IMG/VR virus record: IMGVR_UViG_3300021373_000005
Origin: a virus
Reading direction: 5' to 3' (one strand)
Length of the DNA: 64,000 nt
Shown here: piece after piece, positions 35,763 through 44,635 of the stretch
Layout of the letters: each line of letters begins with the position of its first letter
Position numbering within the stretch: position 1 is the first letter of the stretch
The notes under the pieces: model-generated
Databases searched by the model: none
Told to the model about the DNA's origin: nothing
Seen by the model: only the letters and a program-made list of their open reading frames with translations
Translations under genes and position numbers: made by a program

Positions 35763-36195
35763 ACGCTTTATGCGTGTTGCTCAGGAAATATCTTCTTGGA
35801 GCAAAGATCCTTCAAAACAAATAGGAGCAGTGGCAGTTAACTCTGACCGTCGTATCCTAGCAACTGGGTATAATGGATTTCCAAAAGGAATTGAAGATAT
35901 ACCTGCTCGGTATGAAGATAGAACAATTAAATATGACTTGGTTGTTCATGCCGAGATGAACTGTATATACAATGCGACCTTTTCTGGCATTTCATTAAAG
36001 GATTCTACAATGTATGTATGGGGATTACCAGTTTGCCACGATTGTGCAAAAGGTATTATCCAAGTAGGCATAAATAGAATTGTCATTGGTATGTTGGATT
36101 CTCCACAAAAGTGGTTAGATTCATTTGAAAAATCAAGACGTATGTTTGACGAAGCAGATATTGCTATTGACTTTTTACATGATACTGTCAACTAA
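35740..36195 (+). CDS. cd: dCMP deaminase
   Basis: SKDPSKQIGAV, TGYNGFP, HAEMN, PVCHDCAK. Confidence 0.9.
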   Translation: MMDSKWDKRFMRVAQEISSWSKDPSKQIGAVAVNSDRRILATGYNGFPKGIEDIPARYEDRTIKYDLVVHAEMNCIYNATFSGISLKDSTMYVWGLPVCHDCAKGIIQVGINRIVIGMLDSPQKWLDSFEKSRRMFDEADIAIDFLHDTVN

Positions 36196-36199
36196 TCTA

Positions 36200-36228
36200 T
36201 TGACATTTATAGTAAACCATGTTATAAT
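36200..36228 (+). promoter_or_regulatory. Sigma70-type early promoter
   Basis: CTATTGACA-17 nt-TATAAT. Confidence 0.8.
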
Positions 36229-36256
36229 GGTAGTTAAATTTTAAGGATATTATATT

Positions 36257-36457
36257 ATGAAAGAAATTATTACAGATATGACTTATGGCATCGCGTTCGT
36301 TGCTATTATTTTCGGAACACTAGCAGGCGCTGTATTTTTAATGGAAGCAATCAATATGACTAAAGATAGTATTCGTATTGCTATTGCCGTTCCTTTATTC
36401 CTCTTCTTCTGTTATCACTTTGGTGGATTAACAAGATCCATTATCTTCAAGAAATAA
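36257..36457 (+). CDS. Small two-TM membrane protein
   Basis: Two hydrophobic segments. Confidence 0.65.
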   Translation: MKEIITDMTYGIAFVAIIFGTLAGAVFLMEAINMTKDSIRIAIAVPLFLFFCYHFGGLTRSIIFKK

Positions 36458-36459
36458 TT

Positions 36460-37494
36460 ATGGCATTACACAAAAGAATAGTACTTGACTTTGACGACAC
36501 ATTAGCGTTTACGTCAAACAGAGATTGGGAAAACGCAGAACCCAACATTGCTTTGATTGAAAAATGTAATGAATTATATAATGCAGGTTGGCAAGTAGAT
36601 ATTTTTACTGCTCGTGGTTCTATTTCTTGTAGGAGTAGAGTTGAAGCAGAAGAAAAGTATGGAGAACAAATACGGTCTTGGTTAGAAAAGCATCATGTAA
36701 AATATCATATGTTATCTTTTGATAAACCACTTGCTGCATATTATATTGATGATAAAGGTATTACACCTGAAGATTTTATATATGCTGACATTCGTGAATT
36801 AGAAGGTGGTCTATCAGGATCTGATATTTACACTGATGGTATGTTAGTACATAAGACCGCAAGTAATGCTCATGAAGTAGCAAAGTGGTACAAAGAAACA
36901 GGTTCAGCAGTTATGACTCCTGAAATCCATAGAGTGGTTGGTGATACAATTACAATGGATTACATTGACCACGATGAAGAGTTCTTCAAGCATTCTCCAT
37001 ATAAAGCATTAGCAATGATTCAAGAAGCACTTGATGAATTCGGTCATATACCTACTAAAAAGTTTTTAACATTTGATGACTATATCGCAAGGATTGTAGG
37101 TCATGTTCAGTTAGCTGATGTACCTGTGTTTAATGATATTGTTGAAAGAATGGCAAATATTAATTTAGAATACGGATATTGTCACGGAGATTTTGGTGTT
37201 AAGAACATGCTCTTTACAGAACATAACATGCACTTAATTGACCCTATCCCTAATGTATTTGGTTGTCGTGAACTTGACATAGCAAAATTTATCGCAAGCT
37301 TACTAATTAATCGTTATAACATTGAACTACAAGATCTTTCAATCAATACACTGTTAGCTTACAATCCTCAAATAGAAAGAAACACATTAATAATTTTAAC
37401 AGCAGCTGAGATTATTCGTGTATATAAGTATCACCCTGATAAAGATTTTATTATACAATGTGTTAACGACATTACGGAAGAATTATGTTTTTAG
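36460..37494 (+). CDS. HAD phosphatase (EcbF/BcbF-like) fused to an APH/choline-kinase-like domain
   Basis: N-terminal DFDDTL, FTARG, KP.A.YYIDDK; C-terminal CHGDFGVKNML and LIDP. Confidence 0.8.
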   Translation: MALHKRIVLDFDDTLAFTSNRDWENAEPNIALIEKCNELYNAGWQVDIFTARGSISCRSRVEAEEKYGEQIRSWLEKHHVKYHMLSFDKPLAAYYIDDKGITPEDFIYADIRELEGGLSGSDIYTDGMLVHKTASNAHEVAKWYKETGSAVMTPEIHRVVGDTITMDYIDHDEEFFKHSPYKALAMIQEALDEFGHIPTKKFLTFDDYIARIVGHVQLADVPVFNDIVERMANINLEYGYCHGDFGVKNMLFTEHNMHLIDPIPNVFGCRELDIAKFIASLLINRYNIELQDLSINTLLAYNPQIERNTLIILTAAEIIRVYKYHPDKDFIIQCVNDITEELCF

Positions 37495-37919
37495 ATAGAA
37501 AGAAATTACCTCAAGATTTTAAAGTAGGATTTACATGTTCTACTTTTGATTTGTTTCACGCAGGTCATATTGTAATGTTACAAGAAGCAAAGACATTGTG
37601 TGATTATTTGATTGTTGGATTATTAATTGACCCAACAGTGGATCGTCCTGAGTCAAAGAACAAGCCTATTCAAACTCCTTTTGAGAGATACATACAGGTT
37701 TCATCTTGTAAGTATGTTGACGAAGTTATTCCTTTTACAACAGAACAAGAAATCGTTGATATGATCTTGACGATTAATCCTGACATAAGAATTGTTGGTG
37801 AAGAATATAAAGACCAAGAACATACAGGTAAAGGCTTATGTCCTGTTCATTATAATAGACGAAGACACTCATTCAGTTCAACAGAGCTCAGACAACGTGT
37901 AGTCAATTCTAATAAATAA
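37485..37919 (+). CDS. Cytidylyltransferase (TagD/HldE-C-like)
   Basis: STFDLFHAGH, LIVGL, ER...V.SCKYVDEVIP, SFSST. Confidence 0.85.
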   Translation: MFLDRKKLPQDFKVGFTCSTFDLFHAGHIVMLQEAKTLCDYLIVGLLIDPTVDRPESKNKPIQTPFERYIQVSSCKYVDEVIPFTTEQEIVDMILTINPDIRIVGEEYKDQEHTGKGLCPVHYNRRRHSFSSTELRQRVVNSNK

Positions 37920-37944
37920 AAATACAGTCGGATAATTATACATT

Positions 37945-39204
37945 ATGAAAAACATTGGATTCGCAAAGATTGGCAAGTCAGTCAAGTTTAAACGCAATAG
38001 GTTCTCACCTATCGGTGGAGACAACGAGCCATCTTCAGTTCTAATTGCACTCGCAAATAATAACCCAGACAAAACATTTTATATTATCGGTCGTTCTGAC
38101 TTCAGCACTCTTTCTGAATCTGAAGCTTTGGATTTATTTCCGTATGATAATGTAATTGATATTTGGAAAGGTATTAAGAATGATGAAACCGATAGCTTTT
38201 ATCGTCATGTGATTAACTATTTTAATCAGAGAGGATTTAAGTTAGATTATACTGTTATGATGGTAGGTCAAGTTGGTACTGTTACGATCCCAGGTAAGAT
38301 TACTCAAGTGAAACATTTAAAAGAAGGTATCACTGACGGTAAACCTGCTTCTGTGATTGATATGACAAAGAACTATACTTCTCCTATTGCGATTTGGTTA
38401 AATGAAGAAAAGCCTGACTACGTTGAGATTGTAAATGATCCACGATATGTAATGAATCAATCAAGAGATATCTTTCATTTACCAAATAAGTCGTTAGGTC
38501 AATATGATTATAAGTATAAAGCAAGTACAATAGAATCATATGAAAACCAAGAACGATCCGACAAATTTGTAGAATCTGTATATGCAGGAATGGAAACAAA
38601 CTTTTGTGTTCGTTACGACTATACAGAAGAATTTAATACAACAAGAAACATTCCTTTTATGGTCATATTGAATGAAGGTAAACCTTCAAGATATGGATTG
38701 ATGAAGGAATGGGTATTGAACGATTTTGAAGATGTTGAAGTTTATGGAAAATGGGAACACCCAGATACAGAAACTGATGCTAGGTTCAAAGGTTCTATTC
38801 ATCTTGACGATGTAATTCGTAAATTGGATAATGTTAAATTTACGTTTATTATTCCAATTGAAAAAGGTTGGGTAACAGCAAAGTATATTGAAATGATACA
38901 CGCAGGAGTTGTTCCTTTCTTACATCCAACATATGATGAACAGAAACATTTACCTATACCTGACTTCTTACGACCAAAAACTCCAACTGAGTTTAAAGAA
39001 AGAATGGATAGATTACTAAATAATGAAGAAGAGTACTTATCAGTAGTTAAAGGATTGCGTAAACTTATATGCAAGCCTGAGTTATATGATGGCACCTTCT
39101 TAAACAATAAAATTATGACAGCAATTGATGAAGATTATATCGCTACTGATATATCACAATACGAAAAGAAAACTGCTGCTACACTTGAGGACTTTTTTGG
39201 ATGA
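37945..39204 (+). CDS. Putative GT-B glycosyltransferase (DNA-modifying candidate)
   Basis: C-terminal YGKW...FKG...L..VKFTFIIPI..GWVTAKY.E...AGVVPF resembles a GT-B nucleotide-sugar domain; context; C-terminal TLEDFFG. Confidence 0.5.
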   Translation: MKNIGFAKIGKSVKFKRNRFSPIGGDNEPSSVLIALANNNPDKTFYIIGRSDFSTLSESEALDLFPYDNVIDIWKGIKNDETDSFYRHVINYFNQRGFKLDYTVMMVGQVGTVTIPGKITQVKHLKEGITDGKPASVIDMTKNYTSPIAIWLNEEKPDYVEIVNDPRYVMNQSRDIFHLPNKSLGQYDYKYKASTIESYENQERSDKFVESVYAGMETNFCVRYDYTEEFNTTRNIPFMVILNEGKPSRYGLMKEWVLNDFEDVEVYGKWEHPDTETDARFKGSIHLDDVIRKLDNVKFTFIIPIEKGWVTAKYIEMIHAGVVPFLHPTYDEQKHLPIPDFLRPKTPTEFKERMDRLLNNEEEYLSVVKGLRKLICKPELYDGTFLNNKIMTAIDEDYIATDISQYEKKTAATLEDFFG

Positions 39205-40421
39205 AACAAGATATAACATGGGCACCACTTATTCCGCTTATTGGTGGACAAATGCTAGGAGCGGAAAAAGCTTTCGGTAAACCACCCGAAGCAATTTATT
39301 CTTATAGTGGATTTGAAGCTAACGATGGACATTATGTCAATTATCAACAAGTAACGAAAGGACGTGATATTCCTTATGTATTACTTGATTCTGAAAATCC
39401 AAATATTAAACAAGTGGATGTAGTATCAGGTACTCCACCTTGCGCTGCATTATCACAATTAAATACTGGATTAACTGAAGAATCAAAAGGTGCTAAATGT
39501 GCAAAGAACGAATTTATGTATCAGGTCTTTCAAGATGGTATTGATGTTTTAGGAGCAAAGGTTGTTATTGTTGAGAACGCTCCTGCACTATATACAAACA
39601 AAGGTCGTCCAGTCGCAAATAGACTGTATGAAATTTGTGCTGAGAGAGGTTATTCTTTATCTCTGTATAAAACCTCAACGAGATATCATGGAGTTCCTCA
39701 GGGACGAGATAGAACGTTTGCGATTGGTTGGAAGTCAAGTACTTCTCCTGTATTAAACTGGTATAACCGTGATCGTAAATCATTTGCCGAATATCTTAAA
39801 GAAATTCCTGATGATGCATTACAACACGATTTGATTATTAATAAGAATGTACCTGAAGAACCTTACTATACATTTATTAAAACAAAAACAAACCGTGATG
39901 TAAGAGAGATTATGTTAGAAGAAGATGTAAAGACAACTCTCAATTATGTTAACAAAAAAGGTTGGATGAAAGAAGCAAACGAATGGTTCCATAAGACAGG
40001 ACATGAAAAAGGTATTAAGTATTCTGACCACGCAATTAAAAAGTATGCTGATGGATTAGGTGTATGGGATGGTTCAGTACATGTCTTTGGTGATTATATG
40101 AATGCAGTCATTGGTCGTAATATGGTTGATACGATTCACCCAACTGAAGATAGGTCATTAACTATTCGTGAAGCTCTACATATGATGGGATTCCCAGAAG
40201 ACTTTGAACTATTAGGTGGATTGCCTAAAGTAAATCATATTGCTCAAAATGTTCCTGTACCTACATCAAGAGATTTACATTCTGAGATTGGTAAATTTTT
40301 AAGAGGCGAACTAACATTATCTGATACCACTTATTTAAGACAAAACAATCATAAACAATTAATGGAGTTTGACCCTAACGGAAAAGATACAACTCCATCT
40401 CTTGAAGAATTTATGTCATAA
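39201..40421 (+). CDS. DNA cytosine-C5 methyltransferase homolog with atypical motif I
   Basis: Motif IV GTPPC, VI VENAP, VIII PQGRDR, IX R.LTIREA..MGFPEDF, X AQNVP; motif I reads LIPLIGG. Confidence 0.8.
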   Translation: MKQDITWAPLIPLIGGQMLGAEKAFGKPPEAIYSYSGFEANDGHYVNYQQVTKGRDIPYVLLDSENPNIKQVDVVSGTPPCAALSQLNTGLTEESKGAKCAKNEFMYQVFQDGIDVLGAKVVIVENAPALYTNKGRPVANRLYEICAERGYSLSLYKTSTRYHGVPQGRDRTFAIGWKSSTSPVLNWYNRDRKSFAEYLKEIPDDALQHDLIINKNVPEEPYYTFIKTKTNRDVREIMLEEDVKTTLNYVNKKGWMKEANEWFHKTGHEKGIKYSDHAIKKYADGLGVWDGSVHVFGDYMNAVIGRNMVDTIHPTEDRSLTIREALHMMGFPEDFELLGGLPKVNHIAQNVPVPTSRDLHSEIGKFLRGELTLSDTTYLRQNNHKQLMEFDPNGKDTTPSLEEFMS

Positions 40422-40425
40422 ACTA

Positions 40426-40454
40426 TTGACATTCAATAAAAAATAGAGTATAAT
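40426..40454 (+). promoter_or_regulatory. Sigma70-type early promoter
   Basis: AACTATTGACA-17 nt-TATAAT. Confidence 0.8.
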
Positions 40455-40461
40455 ATACACC

Positions 40462-41100
40462 ATGAGAAATGATTTAATAATAGACTTTGAAACAATGGGT
40501 CAAGACGTACATAATTGTGCTGTCATTGATATGTCAGTAATGGTATTTCAATGGGACAAGTTTACGTCTGACGATCCATACAATTTAGGCGATGTATTCA
40601 AGGTGAAGAAATTCAAATTGAATGTATCGGAGCAAGTCAAGAATTACAATTGGGTAGTTGATAAAGGTACATTGGACTTTTGGTCGCAGCAGGATTCTGA
40701 AGTAAGAAAGAATATTGCTCCTAAGAGTTCTGATTTATCTGTTGCTGATTTTGTAAAACAATTCACAGATTTTTTAATTGATAGCCCAAAGATTGATTTT
40801 TGGTGGTCAAGGTCTAATTCATTTGACCCAGTTATTCTGGAAAGATTATTTAAATCTCAGAATAAAGTAAATCATTTACAATCACACTTACAACATTGGA
40901 AAGTTAGAGATACAAGAACTTTTATTGATGCAAAGTTTGATTTTGGTTTGAAGAAGAATGGATTCCCTCCTTGTGCTAATGAAGATAAATGGGATTCTGT
41001 ATTTAAAGCACATGATTCAGCTTGGGATATATTGGCAGACGTAATGAGATTACAATCAATCACAAGAGCTGAAAATGATATGGAGCAAATCACAGTATGA
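40462..41100 (+). CDS. dexA: 3'-5' exonuclease (DEDDh, DexA-like)
   Basis: IIDFETMG, WSRSNSFD..IL, W.VRD.RTF, HDSAWD. Confidence 0.75.
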   Translation: MRNDLIIDFETMGQDVHNCAVIDMSVMVFQWDKFTSDDPYNLGDVFKVKKFKLNVSEQVKNYNWVVDKGTLDFWSQQDSEVRKNIAPKSSDLSVADFVKQFTDFLIDSPKIDFWWSRSNSFDPVILERLFKSQNKVNHLQSHLQHWKVRDTRTFIDAKFDFGLKKNGFPPCANEDKWDSVFKAHDSAWDILADVMRLQSITRAENDMEQITV

Positions 41101-41966
41101 AATTAGAAGTAAAAACAGAAGAACTACAAAAACAACGACTCTTTATTGGAACACCTATGTATGGTGGATCTTGTGCAGGATTATATACAAAGTCAACAAA
41201 TGATTTAAGTATGTTATGTTCATCGCATAAAATTCCAATGAAATACTATTTCTTATTTAACGAAAGTTTAGTACAAAGAGCTAGGAATTATATTGTTGAT
41301 GAATTCCTTCGTTCTGACTGTACTCATTTATTGTTTATAGATTCAGATATTGGATTTGACCCAAGAGATGCATTAGCATTACTTGCATTACAAATATCAG
41401 ACCCAGAGAAGTATGATATTGTATGCGGTCCATATCCAAAGAAAACAATTGCATGGGAAAAGGTTTCTGTAGCAGCACAGCAAGGTGTTGGAAAGGAAAA
41501 TCCTTTTGAACTTGAACAATATACATCAGATTTTGTCTTTAACCCTGTTGCGGATATAAGACAATTTAAACTCTCCGACCCTGTTGAAGTGGCAGAAGGT
41601 GGAACTGGGTTTATGTTAATTACAAGAGATGCTCTCGAAAGATATCGAGACACATATCCAGAGTTATCATATAAACCTGACCATGTTCGTACTGACAAGT
41701 TTGACGGTACTCGTGAGATTCATGCTTTCTTTGATTGTGTCATTGACCCAGAGTCAAAGAGGTACTTATCCGAGGATTACTTTTTCTGTAAGATGGCTCG
41801 TAAAGCAGGTCTTTCAGTTTGGATGTGTCCTTGGATGAAAATCAACCATGTTGGTTCTTATATCTTTAAGGGTGACATGGGTGCTCTAGGTCAACTAGGA
41901 GTTACTGCTACTGCAGATTCTAAATCTAATAAGAAAGCTTATAATCCTGTTGACAAGTCCAAGTAA
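41097..41966 (+). CDS. GT-A-like glycosyltransferase-related protein
   Basis: IGTPMYGG, ESLVQRARN, THLLFIDSDI (DxD-like), GTGFMLI, YLSEDY.FC. Confidence 0.7.
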   Translation: MKLEVKTEELQKQRLFIGTPMYGGSCAGLYTKSTNDLSMLCSSHKIPMKYYFLFNESLVQRARNYIVDEFLRSDCTHLLFIDSDIGFDPRDALALLALQISDPEKYDIVCGPYPKKTIAWEKVSVAAQQGVGKENPFELEQYTSDFVFNPVADIRQFKLSDPVEVAEGGTGFMLITRDALERYRDTYPELSYKPDHVRTDKFDGTREIHAFFDCVIDPESKRYLSEDYFFCKMARKAGLSVWMCPWMKINHVGSYIFKGDMGALGQLGVTATADSKSNKKAYNPVDKSK

Positions 41967-41978
41967 ATGGTATATAAT
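41950..41978 (+). promoter_or_regulatory. Sigma70-type early promoter for gp45, embedded in the upstream CDS end
   Basis: TTGACA-17 nt-TATAAT. Confidence 0.75.
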
Positions 41979-42013
41979 ATACCACAAATAATATCAATGG
42001 AGAAACTTATATT

Positions 42014-42676
42014 ATGAAATTTTCTAACGAAACTTTGACGGTCTTAAAAAGCTTTACTCAAATCAACAAGTCAATCTTGATGAAAGAAGGTAATGTTCTT
42101 AAGACTATCACTCCGGAGAAGACATTAATTGCTATCGCAGACATTCCTGATGAAATTCCATCAGATGCATGTGTATACGATCTTTCAAGATTTTTATCAA
42201 TTTTGTCTTTATATAATGACCCAGATGTAGAGTTTTTTGATAAATACTTTATTATCTCGGAAGGTAAGCGTAGAACGAAATATGTCTATGCAGATTTATC
42301 AATGATACATACACCACCTGAAAAGGATATTACTATTCCTTCAGCAGATGTTGTAGTTAATGTATCTAATGATGAATTAACTTCAGTGCTCAAAGCAGCA
42401 GGGGTATTACAATTTTCAGAGATTGCGTTTGTAGGCGAAGGCGGCAAATGCTATCTGAAAGCAATCGACAGTACGAACGAAGGCGCAGATGACTTTGGCG
42501 TTGAAATCGGGGATACTGCCGACGAGTTTAAAATTATTATTAAAACTGATAATTTAAAACTCATGCCTTTGGATTATGAGGTTACGCTTTGTTCAAAAGG
42601 TATCTCAGAATTTAAAGGTCAAGGTGTCACATATTATGTGGCTATAGATTCAAAGTCGACTTATAATAAAAGGTGA
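42014..42676 (+). CDS. gp45: Sliding clamp
   Basis: MKFSNETLTVLKSF..IN.SI, VYDL..FLS.LSL, F.IIIK..NLKL. Confidence 0.93.
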   Translation: MKFSNETLTVLKSFTQINKSILMKEGNVLKTITPEKTLIAIADIPDEIPSDACVYDLSRFLSILSLYNDPDVEFFDKYFIISEGKRRTKYVYADLSMIHTPPEKDITIPSADVVVNVSNDELTSVLKAAGVLQFSEIAFVGEGGKCYLKAIDSTNEGADDFGVEIGDTADEFKIIIKTDNLKLMPLDYEVTLCSKGISEFKGQGVTYYVAIDSKSTYNKR

Positions 42677-42680
42677 AATT

Positions 42681-42968
42681 ATGAATGAACCAGTACAAGG
42701 TAACTTTGGTCAACAACAAGGCCAAGAACAAGAAGTGGTTATCAATCTTGGAGACCTATCAACTGTGTTGCAGATTATTGACGTAGTCTCTCAGCGTGGT
42801 GGATTCCAAGGACAGGAACTTGCTGGAATAGGAATGCTAAGAAATAAAATCGAAGCATTTTTAAGACAGAAAGGACCTCAGCAAGACGCAAGTCTTGGTG
42901 AACAGGATGCCAATGTTGATACATCAGTAACTGAAGGTGCTCCTTTAGCTGATAAAGTTGTTGAGTAA
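42681..42968 (+). CDS. Hypothetical protein
   Basis: IID..SQRG.F.G.EL..IG.LR.K pattern; AAGG RBS. Confidence 0.7.
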   Translation: MNEPVQGNFGQQQGQEQEVVINLGDLSTVLQIIDVVSQRGGFQGQELAGIGMLRNKIEAFLRQKGPQQDASLGEQDANVDTSVTEGAPLADKVVE

Positions 42969-42991
42969 TCAATAACTCATTTCTCGAGAAG

Positions 42992-43021
42992 TGAGGGTGG
43001 TCAAACGCCCTCAACTTTTTC
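42992..43021 (+). terminator. Probable intrinsic terminator
   Basis: TGAGGGT-8 nt-GCCCTCA followed by a T tract. Confidence 0.55.
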
Positions 43022-43052
43022 TCAAATTTTTATATTATGTTTATGGTGAATT

Positions 43053-44006
43053 ATGATTGATGCAAAATCAAACGAAGTCTTATGGGTTGAGAAATATCGT
43101 CCGCAAGTAGTTGCTGATACTATTCTACCTGATAAGACAAAAGAAACATTCCGTAAGTTCGTATCAGACGGCAGTGTTCCAAATCTATTATTAACAGGCG
43201 GTCCTGGTGTAGGTAAAACTACAATCGCAAAGGCAATGCTTGAAGAACTTGGTTGCGATTATATCGTAAAGAATGGTTCTCTTAATGTTAATATTGATAC
43301 TCTCCGATACGATATCTCTACTTTCGCATCTGCTGTTTCTCTAACAGGTACAGGTCGTAAGTATGTAATTTTTGATGAAGCAGATTATCTGAACGCAGCA
43401 AATGTTCAGCCTGCTCTTCGTAACTTTATTGAAGAATATTCCTCTAACTGTGGATTTATCTTTACTTGTAATTTCAAGAATCGTATTATCAGTCCATTAC
43501 GTTCAAGACTATCTGAAGTTGACTTTTCAATTGATACCGAAGATCGTCCAATGATGGCAATGGCATTCTTCAAACGTGTTAAGGCAATTCTTGACCGAGA
43601 AGAAGTTCAATATGATCCTAAGGTAGTTGCTAAAGTAATTGAAAAACACTTCCCTGATTTCCGTCGTGTATTAACTGAACTACAATCATATGCAGCTTCA
43701 GGTAAAATTGACGAAGGTATCTTTGTTAATCTGAAACAAGAATCTATTGATGACCTATTTCGTTTATTAAAAGGTAAACAATTTACCGATATGCGTAAAT
43801 GGGTAGCAAAGAATTCTGACCAAGATATGAATGAAATGTTTCGTCGTATCTACGATATGTGTTCAGAAAAGGTAACTTTACAATCACAAGCTGGATTTAT
43901 AGTTACATTAGCTGATTATATGTACAAGTCAGGTTTAGTTGCTGACCAAGAAATTAATATGGTTGCATTCTTAACTGAGGTTATGATTGAATGTGAGTAT
44001 GTATAA
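43053..44006 (+). CDS. gp44: Clamp loader large subunit (AAA+)
   Basis: LWVEKYRP, GGPGVGKTT, IFDEADYL, LRSRL, FPDFRR. Confidence 0.96.
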   Translation: MIDAKSNEVLWVEKYRPQVVADTILPDKTKETFRKFVSDGSVPNLLLTGGPGVGKTTIAKAMLEELGCDYIVKNGSLNVNIDTLRYDISTFASAVSLTGTGRKYVIFDEADYLNAANVQPALRNFIEEYSSNCGFIFTCNFKNRIISPLRSRLSEVDFSIDTEDRPMMAMAFFKRVKAILDREEVQYDPKVVAKVIEKHFPDFRRVLTELQSYAASGKIDEGIFVNLKQESIDDLFRLLKGKQFTDMRKWVAKNSDQDMNEMFRRIYDMCSEKVTLQSQAGFIVTLADYMYKSGLVADQEINMVAFLTEVMIECEYV

Positions 44007-44188
44007 TGTTAAAGACAAGATGTTTTAACTGTAATACAACAACGACAAAAAAGAAAGCATATACTGTTGAAATGAATACTTCGGAAGGTAAGCATAAAGT
44101 TACTTTGTGTGAATCTTGTGGTAAAGACTTTGACATATTAGCAAAAGAGCTTCAGGAGGTACTTGATGAAAGACCTAACACCATTTGA
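44006..44188 (+). CDS. Small zinc-finger protein
   Basis: CFNC...CESC. Confidence 0.6.
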   Translation: MLKTRCFNCNTTTTKKKAYTVEMNTSEGKHKVTLCESCGKDFDILAKELQEVLDERPNTI

Positions 44189-44558
44189 TTTTATGAATGC
44201 TGCATCCTTTACAAAGGAAGATATTATTCGTAACTCAGATATACCTGAACATACTGAAAAGATGTACAACGCCTTTATCGTGAACCGTGGCTTCGTTAAT
44301 TTTGAAGATACGATATTACATGCAAACGAAATGAATATGCGACATCATTTATTTGATGGAGCTCAGTTTGATTATTATCGTTCTGTTCTAAGAAAGCGTA
44401 AAAGATTTTCCAAATGGCCTAAAGCCGAAAAGGATACAAATCTTGACGCAATCCAACAAGTATATCAATGTAATCGTACCGTAGCAAAACAATATCTTAA
44501 AGTTCTATCAAAAGAACAACTTGAAGTTGTCCATGAAAAATTAAATGAAGGTGGTTAA
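44163..44558 (+). CDS. gp62: Clamp loader small subunit
   Basis: PFDFMN, YNAFIVNR, ANEMN, QFDYY...LRKRKRFSKW.K. Confidence 0.9.
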   Translation: MMKDLTPFDFMNAASFTKEDIIRNSDIPEHTEKMYNAFIVNRGFVNFEDTILHANEMNMRHHLFDGAQFDYYRSVLRKRKRFSKWPKAEKDTNLDAIQQVYQCNRTVAKQYLKVLSKEQLEVVHEKLNEGG

Positions 44559-44569
44559 GATATGATTTT

Positions 44570-44577
44570 TATAAATA
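44570..44577 (+). promoter_or_regulatory. T4-type late promoter TATAAATA
   Basis: Exact match upstream of regA. Confidence 0.55.
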
Positions 44578-44635
44578 AATCTTATATGGTTATATACCAT
44601 GCCACTAAAAATAATTAATAAGGTGAATATAAATC

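Noticed and set aside
36186-36205. Divergent promoter from the TGTCAA copy next to the 36200 promoter
   Set aside because: No acceptable -10 hexamer at 16-18 nt on the minus strand
39190-39204. Frameshift fusing the GT-B-like gene to the methyltransferase at the TTTTTT run
   Set aside because: The methyltransferase has its own ATG in a standard ATGA overlap, and the run is explained by the FF of the C-terminal motif
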